Origin: a virus
Taxonomy: Duplodnaviria > Caudoviricetes
IMG/VR virus record: IMGVR_UViG_2541047295_000015
Span: 32,001-96,000 of that record
Reading direction: 5' to 3' (one strand)
Length of the DNA stretch: 64,000 nucleotides
Part shown: one piece after another, positions 31,026-40,903 of the stretch
Numbering within the stretch: the first letter of the stretch is position 1
Layout of the letters: each line of letters begins with the position of its first letter
Notes under the pieces: generated by a model
Database searches by the model: none
Told to the model about the DNA's origin: nothing
The model's input: the letters and a program-made list of their open reading frames with translations, nothing else
Made by a program: the position numbers and the translations under genes

Positions 31026-31361
31026 TTACGTTTTTTCATTAATAATTAAACAATATTCTAAAGAACCAATAAAACTTTCTATAGAATTAGAGTGTACTTC
31101 TTCTAGAAATCTTTTGGTTTCAAATGCTTTATATTCTCTTTCTGTTATAAGTATTGTGTAATGAGTATATTTCTCTATTTTTTCTGCATCCAAAAAATTC
31201 TTTTTAACTAGTCGCGATAAAAGTGTTAGAGTTGTCGTTGCCTTCCAGCCCCATGCAAATTCCATAGCATTGATAACTTCTTTAGATATTACTATATCAT
31301 TTATGTGCCAAATAAACTTCATAACTTTCAATTCCGCTTTTGGTATGTTTTGTATTAACAT
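31026..31361 (-). CDS. BlaI/MecI/CopY family transcriptional regulator
   Basis: AELKVMKFIW...WKATTTLTLLSRLVKKNFL. Confidence 0.85.
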   Translation of the reverse strand: MLIQNIPKAELKVMKFIWHINDIVISKEVINAMEFAWGWKATTTLTLLSRLVKKNFLDAEKIEKYTHYTILITEREYKAFETKRFLEEVHSNSIESFIGSLEYCLIINEKT

Positions 31362-31562
31362 ATGAACAACCCTTTCTAATTCAAAATAAGTAACAATTAG
31401 ATTTTTAATTCCCTTACAGACAAATTCTTATGAGATTAGCTATCTTATTTGCAAAAATTATTTTAGACTTAAATGCTCTATATAAATTATTCATGTATAT
31501 AGATTATTATATTATACTGTGCAAATGGTTACAATATAAAAAACAGAAAGGAGAGTATAATT

Positions 31563-31925
31563 ATGGATGTAGATTATAAAGCATTAGGAAAAAGAATCAA
31601 AATTGCAAGAATTAAAAATGGGATAACTCAAGAATCTGTTGCTGAGGAAATAGATATAACCCCATCTCATATGAGCAATATCGAAACTGGAAAAACAAAG
31701 GTAAGTTTGTCTGTGTTAGTTAATATTGCTAATGCTCTTTCTGTTACGATAGATGAATTGTTATGTGATAATGTATTAAATTCTAAAATTATATTTGAGG
31801 GAGAAGCTAAAGAAATTTTTAATGATTGTGATGAGTATGAAGTTAGAATACTTGTTGATGTTTTAAAGTATATGAAAGAAGCTATGCGTAAAGATAGAGA
31901 AATAAGAAATCGATTTGATATGTAA
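31563..31925 (+). CDS. XRE-family HTH regulator
   Basis: LGKRIKIARIKNGITQESVAE...SNIETGK. Confidence 0.85.
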   Translation: MDVDYKALGKRIKIARIKNGITQESVAEEIDITPSHMSNIETGKTKVSLSVLVNIANALSVTIDELLCDNVLNSKIIFEGEAKEIFNDCDEYEVRILVDVLKYMKEAMRKDREIRNRFDM

Positions 31926-32176
31926 AACCCAGATTTTTTAGTTAAGTATATCAAGATTATATATTACAGTTTCAAAAATAGAAAACATATTAAAATTCTA
32001 ATTTTAACTAGTCTTTAAATTCCAATTTAAGGAATAGTATATATACGATATAAAATCTATTATATCTACTCTTTCTCATGTTATGTAATTAAAAATAAGT
32101 TATTTTATGCATTACGATTTATTATATTTAATGATATAATAAGATTAAGTATGACAATGTTGAAAGGAATGATATT

Positions 32177-32392
32177 ATGAAAGAACATGAATTAGAGATA
32201 AATATCTCAATACCAATTTCTCTAGTTATTCTTTATTTAGCTATAGTCTCTATAGTAATGCTAGGTATGTCATCTTTAAATAATTTTGCTAACATATCAT
32301 CTATACCTGTAAATGCTTTAGGTTCGACAGTTGGATTTGTTATGTTTCAACTTTTAGTTAGTTTTTTTAAAAATAGAAAATCTATAGATTAA
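32177..32392 (+). CDS. Small 2-TM membrane protein (moron)
   Basis: RBS aaagga, upstream TG-TATAAT, two hydrophobic segments. Confidence 0.6.
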   Translation: MKEHELEINISIPISLVILYLAIVSIVMLGMSSLNNFANISSIPVNALGSTVGFVMFQLLVSFFKNRKSID

Positions 32393-32445
32393 AATATTAT
32401 TTACATTAAATCTTGTTTTAATATTTTTAATTTGTGGTATAATAA

Positions 32446-32577
32446 AAGCAAGGAAATATATTTTACTTAACTTTGAGTGATGTTTCCTTCAACAAATTAT
32501 TTTGAAGATTTATTTTTCTGGAACTTTATATTAAGTTCCCAACCACTCTTAGCTGCCGACTTTGAGTGGTTTTTTAA
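32446..32577 (+). ncRNA. Type I antitoxin antisense RNA (TA locus 2), approximate ends
   Basis: TG-TATAAT at 32438-32443; terminator aaccactc...gagtggtt+T (32541-32576) inside the toxin 3' half. Confidence 0.7.
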
Positions 32578-32637
32578 TCTATCATAAATCCAACAAGCGA
32601 TTAAACCTGCTATAACATTCATCATTAGATTCACCAT
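32497..32637 (-). CDS. Type I toxin peptide, 46 aa (MVNLMMNVIAGLIACWIYDRLKNHSKSAAKSGWELNIKFQKNKSSK)
   Basis: RBS AAGGAGGTGA; N-terminal TM, Lys-rich tail, KNHS..KSG motif resembling C. difficile prophage type I toxins. Confidence 0.8.
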   Translation of the reverse strand: MVNLMMNVIAGLIACWIYDRLKNHSKSAAKSGWELNIKFQKNKSSK

Positions 32638-32875
32638 AAGTTTCACCTCCTTCCTAAAAGAAAGTTAAGGTGACTTTATGGAAATACCACTCTTAGATTT
32701 TCAAATATATTCCTTGCTATATTTATTATATCATAAATATTGGAAATATAAAGTTTCAAATATCATCTAAAATCCGACCTTCTGTACGCCATTTTAAGGC
32801 TTTATAAAAAGCTCCCTTTATGTTTATAATTGAATTTATATAAAATAAAATATATACATTTACTAATAATAATTA

Positions 32876-33991
32876 TTAATTAGCTTTAAATAAGTTTTCA
32901 GAAATTTTATCAGAAGCTTCTTTATCCATCTCTTTAAGTACATGAGAATATACATTAAGAGTAGTATTAATATTTGAATGACCTACCCTTTCAGATATAA
33001 CCTTAATTGGTACTTTAGAATTTATAAGTAAAGTAACATGTGAATGTCTTAAGTCATGGAATCTGATATGTGGTAAATTATTATTCTCTAAAAACTTTCT
33101 AAATCTCTTACTCATAACATCTTCAGCAATTGGATTCCCTTTTCTATCAAAAAATAATAAGTTATATTCATTTCTAATAATACTTCTTAATAATTTCTTA
33201 TTCTGCTCTAATTTATAATCTTTTAGTAAATTCATAAGCTCTACTGGTGCAAATATTTTTCTAATTGAACTCTCTGTTTTTGGATCTTTAAGGATTACAG
33301 AACCATCTAATCTACTAGTTATCTTACTTACTGTTATTGTATTTTCTTCAAAATCAGTATTATCCCAAGTCAATCCTAAGACTTCCGAAAGTCTCAATCC
33401 TAGCCCTGTAGCCAGACTAATAGGTAACTCCATGTCAGTATTCTTAGCTACTTCTAATAATTTTAGCATCTGTTCTTTATCATAAATTTCATTTTTAAAT
33501 TTTTTAATTCTAGGACTTTCTATACCATCTATAATATTTTCTTTTATCAGCTTAATTCTATAAGCTCTCTTTATTGCAAGTCTCAATACATTTATATGAA
33601 CTTTTATTGTTTGAGGATTTAAATTACCAGCTAAATCATCTATATAATTTTGTATATGAATATTTCTTAGCTCTTGTAGACGATATCTCCCAATAGAAGG
33701 ATTAATATGATTTTTACAAATGGCCATATAACCATTGTATGTGGAAGCCGATATATTATCTTTGTACTTCTCAAGAAAATCTAATAAAAAATCAGATAGT
33801 GTTATTTCATTTGGAATAAGAAAGCTATCTTTATATATACTATCCTTAACTTCGGCCAATCGTTTGTTAGCATCTCTTTTTTTATCAAATGCTCCCATAT
33901 TCTTTTGTTTTCTTTTTCCTGATTCATCATCTCTAAATTCTAAGTACACTACATAGTTTTTATTTCTTTTCCTTATAAAAGCATTCATCAT
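32876..33991 (-). CDS. int: Phage integrase (tyrosine recombinase with arm-binding N-terminus)
   Basis: TGLGLRLSE, RFHDLRHSH, VGHSNINTTLNVYSH. Confidence 0.9.
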   Translation of the reverse strand: MMNAFIRKRNKNYVVYLEFRDDESGKRKQKNMGAFDKKRDANKRLAEVKDSIYKDSFLIPNEITLSDFLLDFLEKYKDNISASTYNGYMAICKNHINPSIGRYRLQELRNIHIQNYIDDLAGNLNPQTIKVHINVLRLAIKRAYRIKLIKENIIDGIESPRIKKFKNEIYDKEQMLKLLEVAKNTDMELPISLATGLGLRLSEVLGLTWDNTDFEENTITVSKITSRLDGSVILKDPKTESSIRKIFAPVELMNLLKDYKLEQNKKLLRSIIRNEYNLLFFDRKGNPIAEDVMSKRFRKFLENNNLPHIRFHDLRHSHVTLLINSKVPIKVISERVGHSNINTTLNVYSHVLKEMDKEASDKISENLFKAN

Positions 33992-34563
33992 CTTCCCTCC
34001 TATCGAAATTTATATATTTATTATATCATATAGACCCGGCAAAAAATAGTCATTTTAGCTGACTTTTAACTGACTTTTTTAATTATTTTATTTATATAAT
34101 TATTGAAATTACTTAATTATAAAGAAATAAGACATAGAATGCATCATTCTATGCCTTATACTATTAGTTTGATACTTTTTTTAAATATCAAATGTAAGGC
34201 TCTCATTTTTTGAATATGTTAAATTATAAGCACTAATTTTTACAATGGCTTAAAAACGAATATAGAAGCTCAATATTATCAGATTTAAAATATTATATTG
34301 ATTATTTTAATTTGATAAATATAAATCATTACATTAATTTATATTTATATATTATTTTTTTTATATGTTTCTTGCTTTAACTTTTTATGTTATACTACTT
34401 GTATAGAATGCATTTCTTAAATTATCACTCTTAAATCTATGGCTAGTCCTTTTATATAAATCATATTATCACTACAATATCATTTATAAAATCCTTTTGA
34501 GTTTTAGTTATAATTTCAAGAATATTCTAACTTTAATTAAATATACATTGAGGGGGAAAACAA

Positions 34564-35574
34564 ATGAAAAAAACTAAATCAAAGGTATTAAGTTTAACAC
34601 TAGCAACTACTTTTCTTGTATCAACAACAGTAAATTCATATGCTGTATCTGCAAAATCTTCAGATATGGATATGAACACTGTTGCAGATGTACTTACTGC
34701 ATCAGAGGAATACAGTAATGTATTAAAAGATATTGGTATCTCAGTTGGTGAATTAAAAGATTTGACACCTAAAGGAAGTAATTTCATACAAAAATGTAAT
34801 TCATATTTAGAAAAAAATATGGACGTCCCTAAGACTTATAGTGAAGAACCCATTAAACATACGACTAATGCAAGTCAATTATCATATGCAATGTCAGCAG
34901 CTAGAAAAAATCAAGAAGTAGGAGCACCAAAGTATAATGATGAGGTAGTATACATGTATTTATCTCACTTTGTAGATTTTGAAGGAAATAATTATGAAGA
35001 AGGTTTATGTACATATATAACTAAATATGACAGAGAAGCTTATGACAGATATTTAAGCAGAGGTTCTGCTTTTAGAAGTGCTAATTCTATGCGTTCTGTT
35101 ATAACAAATTTAATAGCATTAAAAGGTGACTTGCCTTCATTATATACAACACTTGCTAAAGAAAAAGCTTCAGTGGTTAAAACAACAACTGATATAATAT
35201 CATTTGGTATAGATGTGAAATCTGTAAAATCTATGGTTGAAAATGACATGTTTGTATTTTTCAAAGATGCCTATTCTAAACATGATACACCTGAAGCTAT
35301 AATTGAAGATGTACAAGATAGTATGAAAATAAAATATAAAGACTACAATGAACAAATAGGATATATGGTGCTTGGATTAGTGTTCTCAGCACTAACATTT
35401 ACTCCTCCAGTTATGGCGATGTTAGCAGAAGTAAACTTATATAGCATGGTTATTAAAGACATATTTGATAAGGCTAATTATGCTGCACTACAATACTCTA
35501 GAAGTGCAAGAAAAGCAGAAAGATTTAACTTATGGATGGAAGAGAATGGAATGTATATGGAGAAAAAAGCATAA
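34564..35574 (+). CDS. Secreted protein of unknown function with C-terminal hydrophobic segment
   Basis: Signal peptide MKKTKSKVLSLTLATTFLVSTTVNSYA; RBS gaggggg. Confidence 0.7.
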   Translation: MKKTKSKVLSLTLATTFLVSTTVNSYAVSAKSSDMDMNTVADVLTASEEYSNVLKDIGISVGELKDLTPKGSNFIQKCNSYLEKNMDVPKTYSEEPIKHTTNASQLSYAMSAARKNQEVGAPKYNDEVVYMYLSHFVDFEGNNYEEGLCTYITKYDREAYDRYLSRGSAFRSANSMRSVITNLIALKGDLPSLYTTLAKEKASVVKTTTDIISFGIDVKSVKSMVENDMFVFFKDAYSKHDTPEAIIEDVQDSMKIKYKDYNEQIGYMVLGLVFSALTFTPPVMAMLAEVNLYSMVIKDIFDKANYAALQYSRSARKAERFNLWMEENGMYMEKKA

Positions 35575-35580
35575 ATACTT

Positions 35581-36138
35581 ATGTATTGTAAAAACTGTAA
35601 TTTAGAATTTGATGATACTACAACTATATGTCCTAAATGTAAATCCATCTTAAAACCTAATGAAAATATATCTCAAAGAAATTTAAAAAGTAAAATTAAT
35701 GAATTTAAATTAAATAAAAAAATTAGACAAGGAAACATATTGTCAACCATAACTATTTTAACAGTAGCAATTCATGTATTTATAGACCTTTTTATGCAAA
35801 TAAAAATTGAAAATTATTATGATACTTCAAACCGTTATTGCCCTTTTGCAATATCAAGTTTGGTACTAGTACTTTCATTAAAAAGAGGAGAAAAAAGACA
35901 TAGCTTTAAAAAAAACTTACTATTTATAGTTATTATGATATTAATATCTATTTTTGGAACTATTTATTTTTCAGCACCTCTTGTAAATAGAATTTTTAAC
36001 GGAAATTATTTGTTTAAAGAGTATTGGACTATATATGGAATCGGAAATTTTATAATAATTTTAGAATGTATATTAATTATTTTTGATGACAGTTATTATT
36101 TAGCCCATATTAATAAAAAAGAAAATCCCAACAAATAA
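35581..36138 (+). CDS. Zinc-ribbon + about 4-TM membrane protein
   Basis: CKNC...CPKC N-terminus, four hydrophobic segments. Confidence 0.7.
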   Translation: MYCKNCNLEFDDTTTICPKCKSILKPNENISQRNLKSKINEFKLNKKIRQGNILSTITILTVAIHVFIDLFMQIKIENYYDTSNRYCPFAISSLVLVLSLKRGEKRHSFKKNLLFIVIMILISIFGTIYFSAPLVNRIFNGNYLFKEYWTIYGIGNFIIILECILIIFDDSYYLAHINKKENPNK

Positions 36139-36140
36139 TA

Positions 36141-36182
36141 AAATAAGACTTTATTCTAATTAGAGTGAAGTCTTATTTTATT
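36141..36182. terminator. Bidirectional terminator
   Basis: aaataagactttattc-taatta-gagtgaagtcttattt. Confidence 0.75.
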
Positions 36183-36198
36183 TCAATATATAAATGTA

Positions 36199-36957
36199 TT
36201 ATTTTCTAGTATATTTGCATTTTGGAAATTCACTACAACCCCAAAATTCACCATACTGTCCTTTCCTTTTTGTCAGGTTCCCTTTTTGACATCTTGGACA
36301 TTTATCTTCCTCAGTAATATTTTTTAAATTTCTAACATGCTCTCTAGTGTTTTGATTAATAGCTTTCATACAATCAAAAATTTTATCTCTGATTATTTTT
36401 ATCTCCTCTCTATTAATAGTCATATCTTTGTATTTACTTATTGTACTTAATATTTCACTTTCATTTATGACTATAACATTATTGCCATTTATAGTTACAT
36501 TTTTTAAAGTAGCTTTGTCTGAAAAAACAATTATTGAATATATATTATATTCATCTCCTATTATGTTTTCTATTGCTTTGATATGAGCATAGTTTTGTCT
36601 TACTGGATTATAGAATGTATTTTTAGCCTTTCCTACAATTTGAGTCCATACTTTATCTTTATCATTTCCATAAATATAGCCACTAAAATTTTTACATTCT
36701 ATAACAAATATTCCATATACAGAAATTGCAATACTATCAATTTGTGTGGTTCTATTTGAACCTGGTATAATAATATCTTTAATTATTATGTAATCCTTGT
36801 CTAATTTGCTAAGTATAAAATCTAATCTAAGTTCTCCAAATCCACCCTTTACTTGTATCTTAGTATCCTTCACAATATTACTAACTTCCTTTACAGTTTG
36901 ACTAATTTCTTCTGACATAAATACTTTTTCAAATATTTCCTTAAACATCCTCACCAT
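36199..36957 (-). CDS. NERD-domain nuclease with C-terminal topoisomerase-type Zn ribbon
   Basis: [28 protein letters not shown]; CPRC...[10 protein letters not shown]. Confidence 0.85.
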   Translation of the reverse strand: MVRMFKEIFEKVFMSEEISQTVKEVSNIVKDTKIQVKGGFGELRLDFILSKLDKDYIIIKDIIIPGSNRTTQIDSIAISVYGIFVIECKNFSGYIYGNDKDKVWTQIVGKAKNTFYNPVRQNYAHIKAIENIIGDEYNIYSIIVFSDKATLKNVTINGNNVIVINESEILSTISKYKDMTINREEIKIIRDKIFDCMKAINQNTREHVRNLKNITEEDKCPRCQKGNLTKRKGQYGEFWGCSEFPKCKYTRK

Positions 36958-37099
36958 CTACCTTTCGACATATACTTTAATTATAGCAGCTATATATGCC
37001 TTAAGTGATAGTGTTAAACTAATTTATATTATTTAAAAAGTTACTTGAGCAAATATATAGAAAAAATCAACTACTCTAATAAGCAGTTGATTAATTGGA

Positions 37100-38515
37100 T
37101 TATTCAGTATACGTATATTCTGATATTTCACCTGTATAAATGTTTACTAAATATGGTTTATAACCACCTGCATTATGTTCCATACCATTCATATCTATAT
37201 ATGTATTAAATGGACGAACATATATTTGCGTATTATTTTCCATATACTGAGCTTCTATATGGTTTGGTAAAAATCCATGTTCTTTCATAAATAAGTCTCT
37301 TACTAAATCTTCAGCATTTTTGAATGATACCACTTTTTCCATATGTAAATCTTCATATAAAAGTTTAAACTCTGATATATTATTTTTATTTATACATAGA
37401 CGTTCAGAATATTCTTGACCAGCAGATACATAACTAAAAACATAATAATAATTATTTCCATATTTATAATTATCATCAACTAAGTATGCTCCATCGTATG
37501 GTATATTATTTATATCATCAATTTCATAACATTTATACCATTTTTTTGCTAATACTTCCGCTTCTTCAAGTCTAGTTTTTTTAACTACACCTGTGTTAAT
37601 ATCTCCAATTCCATTAGTAATATTTAAACATTCTTCAACTAAATCTTGTCCTACCTCTCCAAAAGTTGTAATTTTAGTTGCATTTTTTAAAATTGATTTA
37701 TTGCTATTATTATCAACTATAACTACAGGATTTTTTAAAGAAGATGCTAAAAGTGCATTAGTTAAATTTTTAGAGTTAGCTACATAAAATTCTTTAACCC
37801 CACTGTAAAATTTATCTATTATTTGTTTATTTGTATCAAATCTATCACTTCCACCTAATCTGGTAGCATTTGTATTTTTAACTACTTCATCATTTATTGA
37901 TGCAGTACCACCAATAGCATATGTTTTTACTCCACTAGTTGAAAATGGAACATTCTTACCATCTGTTAATATTATTGCTGCTTTATCTCTTGCTGCTACT
38001 GAAGCTATACTTATTGCATCTGGCTCTCCTTTATATGCATTTGTCAACATAACAGTACTAACTTTTTGTTTAGAATTTATTTCTTTCGCAACATTATAAC
38101 TTGTATCTATTCTGTCTTTCCCTTCTATTCTTATTACCTTAAATCCTTTAGATATAAGCATGTCCTCTACCGATTTATTTATAGATTTTCCCCCACCTAT
38201 TAAATAAACTTTTTTTATTTTATTTAGTCTATTCATTGTTGCATCTGGAATACTATCATCTTCAGACAAAAGAATTGGTGCATTTAATACTCCAGATAAT
38301 CCACTTGAACTTAATCCATCTGCTATAGAGTCACTTAGATTAACAAGTATAGCAGTATCATAATTTTGTTTATCTGCTATTAAACCTGCTGTTTCATAAA
38401 CTGAAGATATAGAAAATTCTTCAACTGAATCAAGTGCATAAGATTGTTTTGGAGAACTAACTATTAACATTGTTATAACTAACCCCACTGATAATAATTT
38501 TTTTGGTAATTTCAT
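37100..38515 (-). CDS. Cell wall binding repeat 2 (CWB2) surface protein
   Basis: Signal peptide; ADGLS...APILL, IEGKDRIDTS, GGSDRFDTN CWB2 motifs; unrelated C-terminal domain. Confidence 0.85.
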   Translation of the reverse strand: MKLPKKLLSVGLVITMLIVSSPKQSYALDSVEEFSISSVYETAGLIADKQNYDTAILVNLSDSIADGLSSSGLSGVLNAPILLSEDDSIPDATMNRLNKIKKVYLIGGGKSINKSVEDMLISKGFKVIRIEGKDRIDTSYNVAKEINSKQKVSTVMLTNAYKGEPDAISIASVAARDKAAIILTDGKNVPFSTSGVKTYAIGGTASINDEVVKNTNATRLGGSDRFDTNKQIIDKFYSGVKEFYVANSKNLTNALLASSLKNPVVIVDNNSNKSILKNATKITTFGEVGQDLVEECLNITNGIGDINTGVVKKTRLEEAEVLAKKWYKCYEIDDINNIPYDGAYLVDDNYKYGNNYYYVFSYVSAGQEYSERLCINKNNISEFKLLYEDLHMEKVVSFKNAEDLVRDLFMKEHGFLPNHIEAQYMENNTQIYVRPFNTYIDMNGMEHNAGGYKPYLVNIYTGEISEYTYTE

Positions 38516-38611
38516 TATAATATCCCCCTCATTTATTTAAAATAATCTTTACCTAAATAGTAATACATAAATACAAAAAAGTCACCTAAATTAATAGATG
38601 ACTTAATCATT

Positions 38612-38785
38612 TTATGCTACTTTTTCAATGTATTTTTCATTAATAACATAAGTTTTAAACTTATGTACTACCATAATATCCTGCATGTTTTTTAGTGTCA
38701 TTATAACTCTAACACATTTATTCCTAATTTCTTTTGGTAATTCTAAGTCATTTATTAAATTTACATAATCATCATATCTGTACAT
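38612..38785 (-). CDS. Hypothetical 57-aa protein with its own sigmaA promoter
   Basis: RBS GGGAGGA; TTGAAA-17-TATAAT at 38846-38818; terminator hairpin near 38575-38605. Confidence 0.65.
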   Translation of the reverse strand: MYRYDDYVNLINDLELPKEIRNKCVRVIMTLKNMQDIMVVHKFKTYVINEKYIEKVA

Positions 38786-38941
38786 TTAATATTCCTCCCA
38801 AAGTTAGTCTAGCATATATTATAGTACTCTAACTTCATTTTTTCAATAGAAAATCTTAATCCTGTATAGATATTTTCTAAATGATATAAAGTGTGACACT
38901 TGTCATCATAGTAATAATTATATTTTTCCAATATTATATAT

Positions 38942-39478
38942 TTATTCATATTTCTTTATACCAGTACTTCCAAATCCATCATTTCCTCTTTCAGAAATGT
39001 TCAATTCATCTACAACTTTTAAAATAGCTCTTGGTACTTGTTGAAATACACCTTGAGCTAATTTAGTATGTTTAGGAATTAAAATATCAAATTGTTCTTC
39101 ATTATATGTAATTATTTTAATTTCACCTCTATAGCCTGAATCCACTGTACCAAATCTTATAGTTGGGTATACTCTATTATTTTCTTCTTCATTGAAAATA
39201 ATAATATCGTTTTTTATTTTATTTCCAGTACAAGATACTTTCTCATCTTTTATATATTCTATACCATTTAAACTTATGCCACTTCTTGGTCTAACTTGCA
39301 TTTCATATCCATATGGAATTTCTAAAGCTATACCTGTAGAAATTGCTACTGCTGATTTAGCATGAATTATTGTATCTTCTATCGTATATAAATCAATACC
39401 ACTATCACCATTTTTTGCATAAGATGGGACTATTGAATTTTGACTTAATTTTTTTATTTTGATATTTATACTCATCAA
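38942..39478 (-). CDS. dut: dUTPase
   Basis: SGIDL, RPRSG, GTVDSGYRGEI, LAQ, RGNDGFGSTG. Confidence 0.95.
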   Translation of the reverse strand: MMSINIKIKKLSQNSIVPSYAKNGDSGIDLYTIEDTIIHAKSAVAISTGIALEIPYGYEMQVRPRSGISLNGIEYIKDEKVSCTGNKIKNDIIIFNEEENNRVYPTIRFGTVDSGYRGEIKIITYNEEQFDILIPKHTKLAQGVFQQVPRAILKVVDELNISERGNDGFGSTGIKKYE

Positions 39479-39490
39479 TTACTTCTCCTT

Positions 39491-39982
39491 TTATTTAAAA
39501 TTTATTTTATTTAAATGAGCTATTCCAAGAGCTATAGCATCATATATATCGCTTGTCTTTACCTTACAATTCCTATCAATGTATTCTCCAACATCAATTA
39601 TATTTTTTCTTATATATGTAGCCACTTCTTCTTTTTTAGCCTTACCATTATTCATAAGATATTTTCTAATAGAAACTGGATACATATATTCAATCTCTAT
39701 ATTATTTAATTTAACAGTTCTCATTATTGCTCCTAAGAGTTTTCTTAAACTAAGAATTGTTTTAGAATTTCTGGAAGTGAATTGGTCTTCAACTAAGACT
39801 ATTTGAATATTATAAGTTATAATTAGCTCTTGAATAGTATTACAGATATAGCACATTCGATCATCTTCAGACTTGAATTTATCCTTTTTGGTTGTTATTT
39901 TTCCATATTCTAATACTTTTTTATTTCTATTTATAACTGCCCATCCAGTTGAGGACATGGATACATCTAAGGCTAAAACCAT
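39491..39982 (-). CDS. ruvC: RuvC-like Holliday junction resolvase
   Basis: LALDVSMSSTGW, VLVED, KAKKEEV, DIYDAIALG. Confidence 0.85.
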   Translation of the reverse strand: MVLALDVSMSSTGWAVINRNKKVLEYGKITTKKDKFKSEDDRMCYICNTIQELIITYNIQIVLVEDQFTSRNSKTILSLRKLLGAIMRTVKLNNIEIEYMYPVSIRKYLMNNGKAKKEEVATYIRKNIIDVGEYIDRNCKVKTSDIYDAIALGIAHLNKINFK

Positions 39983-40553
39983 TCGATTCCCTCTTTCATA
40001 TGTATTTTAACTTGCTCTACTGCATTAATTAGGTTAGTATTGTTTGGTATTGCAATATAATTTTCATTATTTAGAAAGTCTTTAAATTTAAATTTATCAT
40101 CTTTTAATCTTCTCTCAATTTCCTTAAAATTATCACCTCTACTAATAAGCCTTTTTCTTAATACAATTTCATCTGTATTTATAAAAAATGGTACTAACTT
40201 AGTTTTTGTTCCCATAAAATATTTTTCTAGTGCCTTATATCCACTTGCATCTACTATAGTCAAAGCATATTTTTTATTCTTTAATTCAGACTTATGTATA
40301 CCATATAACCAAGTGCTGCCATCATGAACTATATATTTTCTCATTTCAATAAAGTTACTTTTTTCTTCCTTAAAGAAATTATTATCTACAAAATGATATG
40401 CTTTATTGATGATTTCTAAGTAATTACGAGGAGGTCTTGTTGTATGTGATATTAGAATTGGAATATTGAATTGCTTTGAGATTTCACTTACTATACTGTC
40501 TTTGCCTGAACCTGAATATCTAAAAATACAAACATATTTTTTAATTTTTTCAT
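39973..40553 (-). pseudogene. gmk: Guanylate kinase-like, frameshifted in the P-loop
   Basis: ATG at 40553; adding one G (TTA G[G]A TAT TCA GGT TCA GGC AAA) gives FVFLGYSGSGKD...ISHTTRPPR...YHFVD continuous with ORF 39973..40344. Confidence 0.8.
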
Positions 40554-40555
40554 AT

Positions 40556-40900
40556 TTATAGTTCTACCTTACATTCAAACACATTAGGATTATCAATAAT
40601 CACTTGATGAAGCCCTTTACTTAATACATCTACTAAATATTCCTCATCTTCACTCTCTATACATCTATCTCTAAATATACAATGAAATAGCTCATGTAAA
40701 AATGTAGCTTCTTTTACTCTTTGTGATTGTAGATTATTAGATAACTTTATTGTTTCAGTTCCATAATCTGCTAATCCATAACATAATTGATTGTTTACTA
40801 GAATAGGCTCTTCAGTCTCCTCTATTTTATAAAACAATCCCCCTACTTTTACTTCTTTTGGTATATTCATTGAGTACTCTCCAATCTTATTAAAATTCAT
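40556..40900 (-). CDS. ImmA/IrrE-like HEXXH metallopeptidase-fold protein
   Basis: TFLHELFHC...E motif. Confidence 0.65.
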   Translation of the reverse strand: MNFNKIGEYSMNIPKEVKVGGLFYKIEETEEPILVNNQLCYGLADYGTETIKLSNNLQSQRVKEATFLHELFHCIFRDRCIESEDEEYLVDVLSKGLHQVIIDNPNVFECKVEL

Positions 40901-40903
40901 ATT

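Noticed and set aside
31362-31562. c-di-GMP riboswitch upstream of the BlaI-like gene or near the TA loci
   Set aside because: Could not find the GGCAAA/GAAA-tetraloop/GCAAAG core elements by eye.
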